64,000 nt of DNA from Trichoplax adhaerens. Taxonomy: Eukaryota; Animalia; Placozoa. Position 1 is the first letter of the stretch, and every line of letters begins with the position of its first letter. Positions 27,033-39,900 of the stretch are shown one piece after another. A model generated the notes under the pieces. That model was not told where the DNA came from. It saw only the letters and a program-made list of their open reading frames with translations, and made no database searches. The position numbers were made by a program, and so were the translations under genes. Location: assembly GCF_000150275.1 (NCBI RefSeq), contig NW_002060948.1, positions 4,228,759-4,292,758 on the forward strand, written 5' to 3'.

Positions 27033-27961
27033 TTAGTCGAAAGAAGATTTTACTGTTGAATTTCCTTGGCTGTTTTGGCTTTCTAAACGTTTTCGAATAG
27101 AAATTGGTCTTTGGTAGATGCTATTGTTACCAAAGCTACTTTTATAGGTATGGTTGTCGCTGTAAATAGGACTTGATGTTTGGTCTTGCGATAGTTTGGC
27201 TCTAACTGCATCGGGTGTTACTTTCTTATACGTAGAAGCTACACTATCAAGACTGGAATAACCATAATCTTCGTCATTTCTGTCCTCCTCCTTTATATTT
27301 GCCTTTGATTTTGACATTGATGTTAGAGTTCCATTTGAAAAACTAGCATTAATTATTCCATTAGTACTATTATCACTGGAAGTATCAGTTGTGCTAGAGT
27401 CGAATTCATCCGGTTGAAATTGAGAATCTTCGTCAATGGTGGTTAGTGCACCAGTATGGTCTAATTTAGCTCGGTCATGGGAAGACATGTGTGGGTTCAC
27501 TCTATCAATTTGTACCGCCGTCGATTTGGGCTGAGCATAGGATATGGATGTCTTGATAGAATTGCTTGGGATAGTAGAATAGACTTGGTGGATATCATCG
27601 TCCTCATCATCGTCTGTTTTTTTGATTTCTCCGTTTGATTCTGCTTTTTTCACACTATCAGCAATTTTTGCATTCATATAGGTACTATTATATGGACTAC
27701 TTTTGGTATCTCGACTTATGCTTGTGCTTACTGGATCATCGTTGCCTTCAAATGCTGGGTTTTGTCTACTACTAGCATGATTGCCCTTAAAGATTGGATT
27801 ATTGTTGAGGTTACTTATGTCCACCAATGGATGATCTAAAGACTGTTTTGATTTACTAACTACATATTTATTACGATAATAAATGAAGAGTAGTAAAACC
27901 GCGAAAGCTATTATTGCAGCTATTACACCAAGAGAAATGGCGACGAAAAAGAGTGGAGATA
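27033..27961 (-). CDS. Terminal exon of Jagged-like gene: TM helix and low-complexity cytoplasmic tail
   Basis: The acceptor at 27962-27963 opens [31 protein letters not shown], in frame with the 27033-27827 ORF. Confidence 0.9.
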
Positions 27962-30900
27962 CTTAAAAGTAAAAATGAATGTTATCGTTAAAAACAAGCT
28001 GTTTTAAAAATGTAATCAATGTCTAAATATATTACTAAAATGGCTACTTTCGTAAAAACGTTATTAAATATTTTAAAATGTGAATAATTCTAATTCGGAA
28101 AGAATTTTTGATTTACCTATGTTAACACGTGTGTCTGGAGATATTTGTAATCCTTGTATTTGGCCGCTACTTGTATCTAGGTGTTGTATTAATGCTTGCA
28201 TAGCCTTTTGTGCATCATCTGTGCTAGTATTTGTTTGCTATAAAGTAAGATTTTGTAAAATCGTAAATTATCTGACAGGTTTTAATTCACTGTACAATTT
28301 CATCAAAAATTGGACGATTTTTGTAATGACCGGACATATACGGGTTTAAAATACGAAATGATTTGCTAAATTAAATATTTGAGCGTTTGTAAAGAATATT
28401 TCTGACCTACATAACTGAAAAAACTTACTATAGCTAGGGCAATCCGAACGTCGGTGCCAATATTATCTGTTACATTACATTGCAAGACAAGGCTAGTATT
28501 TGTAGCATAATTTTTCAAAACCCGGACTCTTCTTAATCGATCACATATCTGGTTGATGGTAGTACCCTGGGAAAGAATTATCTTGATTAGAAACTTTTAA
28601 GTAAAATTGAGATATTCTTCTATTAGGTAGCTAATAAAGCTACTATTAAGACTAATCTTTGAAAGAATTATGGCTATTCGGTACCGTAATAAATGCTTCA
28701 TAAGTTAAATTATACTGTAAAAAGAAGTTGATTGCTCATTAAACAATAATTAAGTTCATAAATTACATTAGGTAATTTAGCTGGAGAGATTTGATGGATT
28801 TCTCGATAACAGTTCGATGGAGCAGTTCCTTGGTAGTTTAAGCAGCTAAGCCCATCTTCACTATTTTGGCAGTAGCTTTGTGCGACACATGGCGATTGTA
28901 GGCAATTAGATTCGCTGTAAGAGACGCAAGAACCACCATTTGTACAAGAAACACTTGCTGAACAATTGCTTGGACCACACCAAACCTAATAATTAAATTT
29001 ATCCAGTTTAGGCTTTTATTAATTTACAGTAATATAAGGGTATTCATCATCGATAAAGAAAATTAATTGGAGAAATCGTTATACCTGTGTGCAGGTTACT
29101 TGGCCGGATGAACAACTGCACTCATTGCAATCTGCCGGCCATTTAACACTATCTTGATAGACTATACCACCGTAGACGCAAATACCTAAGTGTAAATGTT
29201 TACAAGATAGAAATATGCGATAAGTTAGAATAGAGTTGATTAAATACTCATGTGAGATTGGTGTTAGGTAAGACAATACCATGAACTTTTTAATACATAC
29301 GTGTGCTGCAATGTTGTCCAGTCCAAGTGGTAGGGCAAGTGCATGTATAACGGTTGACTTGGTCAGTACATGTACCTCCATTTTGACAAGGATTCGATGA
29401 GCACTCATCGATTTCTAAAAATGTGCAGAGAAAAGCGATGAATCGTAACACAGTCTTTGCTAGTAATTTTAAAAATACAATCGAATGAAGAAATTAAGAA
29501 AGGGTTTTTTATTCTATATACTTTGATAACTTACGTTGCTTACATAGCGGACCAGTATAGCCAGCAGAGCAGTTGCATACATATCCGCCAATAAGACCAT
29601 TACAGCCTCCATTTGGTGAACAAATATTTTCGGATATGAGACTTCCAGAAGTGTCATAAACCTTACAGTAATCGATTCGAGAATCACATAATTGACCAGT
29701 ATAACCTAAGCCGCAATTACAAGTGTAGCCATTGACTTGATCAATGCAGGTAGCGCCATTTTTGCAAAGAGAACCGGCGCAATCATCGATATTAGTTTCG
29801 CAGATTGTGCCAGTATAGCCTGTATTATTGCAATTGCAAGAATAACTGTTGATCAGATCCAAACATATTCCTTGGTGCAAACATGGTGTAGAAGCACATT
29901 CATTAATGTTCACTTCGCAATTTGTTCCTGTATATCCGAATGAACACTGGCAGGAATATCCCGCAATTAGATCATTACATTGCCCGTTATTTTGGCACGG
30001 CTGGCTTTGACACTCATCAATATTAACTGTACAATTAGTGCCCGTATAACCAGACCTATAATAAATCGAGAGTTAAATTAATTGGCATTCATTAAGGTTT
30101 CATTGACAGCAGGAATAGAATTAGTTATTAACTAGGTATAAAGCGCTGTTAAAATATTTACCCGCAATTACACTTGTATCCATTTACTTGATCAACACAT
30201 TGACCATTATTAGCACAAGAATTCGGCTCACAATCATTTATGTCTACCGTACAAAATGTACCAGTATAACCAGGTAGGCAACTGCAACTATATCCATCAA
30301 CTTTATCTACACAAGTACTTCCGGATGCGCACTGATTACTTTGGCATTCATCGATGTTAACTCCACAGCTGGAACCAGTAAATCCTCTAGCACATACACA
30401 TTGATATTGGTTAACATTATTAAGACATGATCCGCCGTTTTGACATGGACCACTTTGGCATTCATCAATGTTAGTTTCACAGCTTTTGCCGGTATAACCA
30501 GGATTGCAACTGCAGGAGTAATTGCTAACTAAATCGGTACACGTGCCAAAGACGCAATTTCGTGGATCTTGACACTCGTTAATATCAACACCACAGTTAC
30601 TTCCGGTATATCCAGTGGTACAACTACATATAAATCCGTCTACTTGATCTATGCAACTGCCGTTGATACATGGATTGGAAGCACATTCATTAATGTTGGT
30701 TTCGCATAATTGTCCGGTAAATCCAATTCTACATCAACAGGAATAAGATCCGATTCTGTCTACACAAACTCCTCCACTAGTACAAGGTGAGCTACTGCAT
30801 TCATTGATTTCTGTTTCACAGTGAGTTCCAGTGTAGCCATTACATTGGCAGGTATAACCGTTCACTTGGTCATTGCATGTTCCACCGTGTTGACAAGGAG

Positions 30901-33900
30901 AAGATGTACATTCATTAATATTAACTTCACATCGGCTACCTTGATAGCCAGCAGGACAAGTACAGTTATATTCATTAATGCCATCGTTGCATGCACCAGT
31001 AGCGCAAGGATTGCTGCTACATTCGTTGATATTTGTTTGGCATTGATTTCCTGTAAATCCATTTTGACAGCTACATGAATAGCTATTAATATTGTTAGTA
31101 CATGCACCACCATTAGTGCAAGGGTTACTACTGCATTCATTAATATCGATCTGGCATGATGTACCAGTATAACCAGCAGAACAAGTACATTGATAGCCAT
31201 TGCGTAAGTCAGTACAATTTCCGTCATGTAAGCATGGCTTCCCTTCACAGTTGTCAACACATAGGAGGCCTTGCAGGTTATTTGGACATTTGCATTGAAA
31301 GCTATTTACGCCATCTGTACAGTTACCATCATTATGACAAGGATTAGGCGAGCAATCATCGATATTGTTTTGACAAGACGTACCATTAAAGCCTGCAATA
31401 CACTGACAGACATATTGATTGACTCGGTCGAAACAAGTACCATTATTAAGGCATGGGTTGCTGCTACATTCGTTAATATCTTGTTCACAATGCGTACCAG
31501 TATATCCATTAGCACAACTACAAGAATAGCTATTAATCTGTTCATTGCAGGTACTACCATGTTGGCATGGATCACTAGAGCATTCTGCGATATCAGACTG
31601 GCAAGTTTTACCGGTGTAACCAGCAATGCAATTGCAACTGAAATCATTGATTTGGTCTGTACAAGTACCGCCATGACTGCATGGTGTTGCAGCGCAATCA
31701 TTGATATTATTTTCGCAATTGGTACCGTTATAACCAGCAATGCAATAGCATTGATATGAATTAACTTCATCTTGGCAGGTGCCATTATGATTGCATGGGC
31801 CACTAGCACATTCATTGATGTTAGTTTCACAGTTTACATCCGTATAGCCGCTGGCACATGAACAGCTATAACTGTTGATAGCATCTTGACATGTTCCTCC
31901 TTTATAACCAACAATGATAATTAATAAAGTACGTAATTTGATGGAATAGGCATAATTACAGTGCACAGACTAACTTAGGTATATTCATACTATTCACACC
32001 AATAAACTGAAATTAATATACAATATTTACAACTAGCTATATTCTTTGAATAAACGTGTGCAACTTATACTCCATTATTGGTCTGTAATAGCTTTGCTAT
32101 AGCATAATTATCTGATGCGATACTTAGCATTAGTATATAATACTTTACCATGTCGGCATGGCGTTGATTGACATTCATTAATATTTACTTCGCAGTTTTT
32201 ACCAGTATACCCTCCCATACAAGTGCAGCGGTAGTCGTTGATTTGATCCGTACAGGTACCACCGTTAATACACGGGGTAGAATTACATTCATTGATGTTT
32301 ATTTGGCACGTTGTGCCGTTAAAACCAGCCTTGCATTGACAGCCAAATTGATTGATATCATCGATACAGGTACCATTATTCAAGCATGGTTGGCTAGTAC
32401 ATTCATTAATATTAGTTTGGCAGTTGATATTAGTAAATCCAGCTTGACAGGTACACTGATAGGCGCTAACAAGATCCTAAGTCGGAGAATATTGCAAAAT
32501 GAGGAATATGAGTAATTATAGTAATATACTGTACATTTGTGTATGTACACATAATACTTTTACCATTCCTTATGAGATTTTACCTGGCATGTGCCATTAT
32601 TTTGGCAAGGCTGAGGGCTACAATCATCGATATCTAGTATGAAGTAAGCAAAATTTATTTCAATAACCAAGTTTATACCTTAATTAAAAAGTGATATTAA
32701 TGTAAATACCATTGGCTTTAATTCAGTTACATACTTATTTGGCACATTTTTCCGGTATAGCCTTGGATGCAATTGCAGCGATAATCAAGCACTTGATCAA
32801 AGCATGTGCCGTTATTTTGGCATGGGGCTGCAGTGCAATCGTTTATATCTATATAAAAAATCATTTCATTTCAGAATATTATACAAACAACAATTTTAAA
32901 ATTATATATCCAGTATTTGGCATAAACTATTAGGGCCCATAGATGGTTGATTATACAATTGGGTAATTGTTAGTTGATAAACTGAATTGAATAGAGTAGA
33001 GGCTTACCATTTTGACAGTGGTATCCATTAAATCCTGTGTTATTACATATGCATGAATAACCGTTTATTCCATCTTGACAAGTTCCGCCATTCTGGCATG
33101 GATTTGATAAGCATTCATTAACGTTTATTTGGCATGTCGTGCCGTTGTAACCGGATGCACAGTTACAGCTATAGGAAGCGATCTGGTCTATACATGAGCC
33201 TCCATTGATGCATGGAGATGAAGAACATTCGTCAATATCTGCAAATGCGGTAGAGCAAATTGAAAATTAGAAAATATCGGATACTTTAATTTAGTAAAAG
33301 TATGTACGAATTACTTATTTCACAACTCTTTCCCGTGTAGCCGGCACTACATGTACAGCTATAATCGTTAACCCAATCCGAACAGTTTCCATTATGAAGA
33401 CACGGATTGCCAGCGCAGTCATCGATATCTGAAAATGTTATTAATAAAGCAATTTGCTTCAACCATACAAGTACTAGTATCAAATAGCAATTATATGACG
33501 CATAGTATACGAAAAAATATATCTATGGCAATAATAGGGAATAAGTCTTACTTGTTTCACAATGAGTTCCATTGAAACCAGTTGATGTGCAATTACATGA
33601 ATAACTATTTATACCATCGATGCACTGCCCACCATTTTTACATGGAGATGATAAACACTCATTAATATTGCTATTACAGTGGGTACCAGTATAACCGGCT
33701 GAACAGCTACAATTGTAACCATTGACTAAATCATTACACGATCCTTGGAAACATGGATTACTGGTACATTCATTGATATTGGTTTCACAATTGGTATCTG
33801 TATAGCCAGCTGTACATGTGCAGTTATAACGGTTAATTAAATCAATACAAGTTCCGTTATATTGGCATGGATTTGATGCACATTCATCAACATTCATTTC

Positions 33901-36900
33901 ACAATGAACGCCTTTATAACCAGACTGACATGAACAGTTATACATGTTAACCATATCTTTGCATACGCCATTATTCAAGCATGGTAAACTATTACATTCG
34001 TTGATATCTGTTTCACATTGATATCCAGTATAACCAGGTAAGCATGAACAATTATATTTATTAACATGATCATGACACTGACCACCGTTCAGGCAAGGCA
34101 GTGAATTGCATTCATTATAGTCAATTTGGCAGTTTGTTCCCAAAAATCCTGGCAAGCAAGTGCAGTTATATCGATTGACGAGATTGTGACAAGTAGCTTG
34201 ATTTTGGCAAGGATTACTATTGCATTCATCAATTTCTGTTTCACAATCGTATCCAGTATAGCCAGGTAAGCATGAACAGTCATATTGATCGATTAGATCG
34301 TTGCATATGCCATCATTTAAACATGGGCCACTTTCGCATTCGTTGATATTAGTTTGACATTCATTTCCTGCATAACCAGGTACGCAAGTACAATTATAGC
34401 CATTGATTAAATCTTGGCATGTTCCACCATTTTGACATGGACTGCTTATGCATTCATTAATATTAGTTTGACAGTCAGTTCCAGTAAATCCAGCGATGCA
34501 GTTACAGGAATATTTGTTAATTTGATTGACACATTCTCCATCGTTTTGGCATGGCATTGATAGACATTCATCAATATCTTGCTCACAATGTGTTCCCGTG
34601 TAGCCAGCAACACACTGACAATTATAACCGTTAATTGCATCAGCGCATGTAGCACTATTTTGACAAGGAGAGGAACTGCATTCATTAATGTCTTTTGCAC
34701 AAAAAAGAAACAAAGATATTAAGAAATTGCGTTACGCACTACTTAAATTAGGTATAGATCACTAAAATATATTAATATTAGACTCGGAACTAACTTATTG
34801 TGCACTGATCGCCTGTGAATCCAGATGCACAAGTACAATTATAATAGTTTGGTGCAGAGTTGATGCACGTAGCTTCATTATGACAGGGCGTGAATCTACA
34901 TCGATTAATATCTATATTTACAAAGTAAGAAGAGCAATCCAAATGATTAGTAACTCACTTACCGACGATCCACTAGGTAATTGTCGAATATAACAGAGTA
35001 GACAGTGCAATGTATGCTTGTATATATATATACTGTAGATTCTTACCATCTTGACAAATATTCCCAGAATAATCCGACGTACAATTGCAAGTAAATGAAT
35101 TTACTTTATCAATGCATACACCATTATTTAGACATGGCTGGACATGACATTCGTTAATATCTGTTTGCAGTACAAAAATATTTATACCTTAGTAGCTTTA
35201 TCATGTATTGATACTACACTAGGACCTATAATTTACAAAGTGTATTCGAATTTAGCATACAGTTTCCAATGGCTTTCTAATTGAAATCAGTAATTAAATT
35301 TTCGACTTACCATTTTCACAATTGGTACCGTTAAAGCCGGAACCGCAATTGCATCTGTATTGATTTGCACCAACATTGATACACGTACCACTGTTTTGGC
35401 ATGGTGTTATCCTGCATCGATTATGATCTATAAGGTTGATAGTTATATACGGTAAAGAAAATCTTAGCATAATATTTTTCCTTGTTAAAGTCAATATTCT
35501 TTAGCTAAAAGACGTATGATACAAACAGAAAATTAATAAGACAATTGACTCTTTGGTATCTTTATTTATCATTAGGATCCTTACATGAGATATTCTACTA
35601 TGCTTTACACGTTCAACTTACCGTGTTCACAAAGTGTTCCATTATAATCTTGTGTACAAACACAAACATATCCATTTATCGAATCACTACAGCTTGCATT
35701 GTTACTGCATGGGCTAGAAACGCATTCGTCGATATCTGTAGTACGAACATTGATTGGAGGGTTAGAAATAAATTTACGCGCTGGTAATGCAGAGACAGCG
35801 GCTAGCTACAATAGACATGAGGTATTGATTACTTGTTTCGCAATGAATTCCTGTGAATCCAGCAGCACAGCTGCAGTTAAAAGTATCAGGGAAGATATTG
35901 GAACAGGTAGCGCTGTTTAAACATGGCTCTAGGCGGCATCGATTATTATCTGTAGCAAAATAGGAAATTATAAAAAGTTATTTACACCGATAAATTTAAG
36001 CTAACTTATTTTACGTCAATTAGAGTATATGAATTCTATTTTGAAAATTATTATAATCCTTAGGCCTTAATAATCGCAAATATATGGAATAGATAACATT
36101 TTACATACCATATTGGCAATTAGAACCACTAAAATTGGTTTTGCAAACGCAGTCGTTACCCAAGACACAATTTCCATTAGCTGTGCAATGGTTAATAAGA
36201 AATATATGTATGACAGTCAATGATAATATCTTTATAGCTAAAGAAGATCAATTCTACCACTAGATTAATTTATTTTTTACCTGTACATCCCTCTTTGATC
36301 ACACACTGCATGCAGGTGTTTCCTGTCCAACCACTATTGCATCTATTTGGTTTGAAGTAAAATTTCATTATAAATACACAGGGAAACATAATCTTTTGGA
36401 CAATTATTTTTAAGACAATTTATGAAGCTACTGAAAGTTTTTTGGAAAGAATTTAATATTTTTAACCAACTTACAAACACTCTCCTGGCGCATTTGTACA
36501 ATTGGCATGAGATAAATCGCAGCCATCCCTACATATAGCTTTAACAAAAAGTATATACGTATACAATAAGTCATTTTATTTAAATGAAATAGTAATTGCT
36601 GTAATTCCATTTTTTAAAAGCTTCATTTAGTTTTAAAATCATTATAAGTTTGTTTGGATAATCAAAATTACCAGTATCGCAGGTTTTTCCTGTCCAACCC
36701 GTAGTGCAAGAACAGTTATAATGGTTAATCATGTCATTACAAGTAGCATTATTTAAGCATGGATTGGAGGAACATTCATTGATTTCTGTCAAAGATATGT
36801 TGAAAAATGTATTGGTTACTTCATTAATCACAGTTACATCAGAGCTTATGCGATAGTTAATAGTTGTAATATCCAAATATTGCTTTGTAAGTATTTTAAC

Positions 36901-39900
36901 CAGTTGCGTTGAAATGCAATAACTAAATAAGTTGAATGACTGACTACTCGGTGTAAAGTTTAATTAATTTGTTAATGGTTGTATTAACAGACCTGTTTCG
37001 CAATTATTTCTAGTATATCCTGGAACACAACTGCAAGTATAATTATTAACTCCATTATTATTGCATGTGGCGCCGTTACTACAAGGGTTGCTTCTGCAAG
37101 AATTTAGGTCTGTAAAACGATATTAAAAACGCTTACCATGGGGTACATTGAAAAAATGGAATTTTAATTCTGTTTATAGAAGAAACAGTATATCGAAAAT
37201 CATAATAGATGGAAAGATCAATGGTACTTGTAATATCCTACTTACCATTTTGACAGTTTACACCTGTATAATTAGCCATACAAGCACAGCTGTATGCATA
37301 TGGTGTGGTATAAGAACAATTTCCACCATTTGTACATGGAGGCGCTATTCTACAAGGGTTCATGTCTACAAAATATGTATAAATTAAGTTCTTTAGCTGG
37401 ATCGGAAATAAAATTAAACTTAAAGTACACGAAACAAAATTTATAGCTGTTAATGACAAAAATTATGAGTCTATTAGCGCTTAATCATGAAACTTCTAAA
37501 TATCTATAAATTTGAAAGCTGGCTTATATATCGTAGATCACGTTTTCATTTACGGCGTACATGGCAAAGTAATCCCGTTTTTGAGGAACATTTTATCTGA
37601 TAATCCTGACACTAGTGTGATAGTAGCAGCAGTATTTGCTGTCATTTATTTAACGCTGCAGTTGCATTTTAATAATGGTACCCTACCTTGTTCGCAATGA
37701 ACCCCTGTATACTGCGTTGGACATTGGCATGTATATCTATTGATTTGATCGATACATGTTGCTTGTATATGTTGGCAAGGATTGGATGCACATTCATCGA
37801 TATCTTTGAGTACAAACAAATATAAAAATAAAATCGTATTATTCAATGATCAATGATAAAAATCTTTTAAACATCTCAAGTAGAATTAAGCTAAATTACT
37901 TTGTTCACAAGTTATGCCAGTATATCCAGCTGCACAATTACATATGAAAGAATTAGCCCCATTATTGATGCAAGTGCTGTTGTATTTGCAAGGAGAGCTG
38001 CGACAGCTATTTAAATCTGTAAAAAGTATATAAGTTGGATCCAGTGGAATAAAAGAGTATGTATTTAAATTTATTTAGTGGCACCTGCATAAATGCATTT
38101 AATTACTAAAATGCATCTCAATCCAACATACCATTTTTACAGTTATTTCCAGAGTAATTGGCTGCACACGTACACGTATAAGTGTCAATACCTGTGGCTG
38201 AACATGTACCGCCATTCTGACATAAGCTGCTGTTTTTTCGACAAGCATTTCCATCTTGTGAGAGTAACCGCAGTATAAGTTAATTAAAATGAGAAATTAC
38301 TATCTCTGTATGCTTAAATTACAATAGATGCTCAACGAAATACGACTAAATAATTTATATCAAGTTTAAGATTTCTATACCGGTTTCGCAATGATTTCCA
38401 GTCCAGTCAAATAGACAATTACAAACATAGAAGCTGACTTGATCTTGGCATGTACCACCATTTTGGCATGGATTTGAAGAACACTCATTTATATCTATAA
38501 GAGAGTTATGGACGTAGAATATTAATTTATCCTGAAATTAGGAACTAATTGATTTTAATTTCTAATTATCAGAGATCTTACTTATTTGGCAGTTAGTGCC
38601 AGTATATCCGGTAGCACAGCTACATGCATAGTTATTAACGTTATCTGTACAGCTACCACCATTCTGACATGGGGTTGATTGGCATTCGTTGATATCTATG
38701 TGATTATATACCAACAAAAGGATTATATAAAAATGAGACGGAAATTAAGTCTATAAACTATTGCAATTTCATTAAAATGTAACAGATTGTTCTGTGTTAA
38801 AGAACGCTTATTTGTTGACAAAATCTGTAAAACCTTGTTACAATATAATCAGATTATTTATATTCAGCTTATTATAATAAAAGATGTAACGAATCTAACC
38901 TTGATCACAATTGGTTCCTGTATAACCAGGAGCACATGTACAAGAATAAGTAAATACTCCTGTAGCAGCACATGTAGCTCCGTTTTTACAAGGTGCACTT
39001 ATGCGACATTTATTAGCGTCTAAAGAATAAATAAATAAATGTTAATATAGATCCTCGTTAAGATAACTTGTAACAAGTTGTAATTATCGGTTCAGTATTA
39101 GTTACACTGTCATAATCAGTTAAGTAACGAATTACCAGTTTCGCAATGTGTACCAGTCCAATCAGAAGGACAATTGCATGTATATCCGTTTATTCCATCA
39201 ACACATGTAGCATGGGTATGCTGACATGGATTCGATGCGCATTCGTCAATGTCTAGCATTAAATAGGTAATATCAAGTCGTGTAAGAAATGGTTAAGCTG
39301 ATCTTAATTATATAAGTTTTACTTGTGGTACAGATAGCTCCAGTATATCCAGCTGCACACGTGCAATTATAATAAAGATGGTAATCGTTGCATGTTGCTC
39401 CGTTAAGGCAAGGTGTAGAGGCACATTCAGCAACATCTACAAAAGAATTAGATAAAAGTTAGACGATAAATTAGGGTAATAAAGTTACAGCAATTTCATT
39501 ACAATGTAACAGTTTTTCTTAGCTATAGAACGCTTATTTGTTAACAAAAACTGTAATAAATATTATATTGCTTTCGTAAGTCTACATTTAAACTGGTCGA
39601 AATGTTTACCTAATGCACAGTTTGATCCGGTATAACCGGATGTACAAGTGCATGTATAGTCATTAATACCATCTGTACAAGTTGATGAGTGTTGACAGGG
39701 ATTTGATGAACATTCATCAATGTCTATAAATAGCAAAATAAATTGAAATTATTGACTTCAATTTCCTTACATAAAATTGGAAAAAGATAAGTTTTAAAGG
39801 AAGAATGTGGCTCAAATAATTTCTGTCTTATGCAAATTTCTCTCAATTTGACTGAACGAACAAATATTTTAGAGTTTAATATAAATTTACTTGTTCCGCA

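Noticed and set aside
30734-30736. TGA as selenocysteine
   Set aside because: The codon is at the non-cysteine x of CxC, both flanking cysteines are present, and I could not identify a SECIS.
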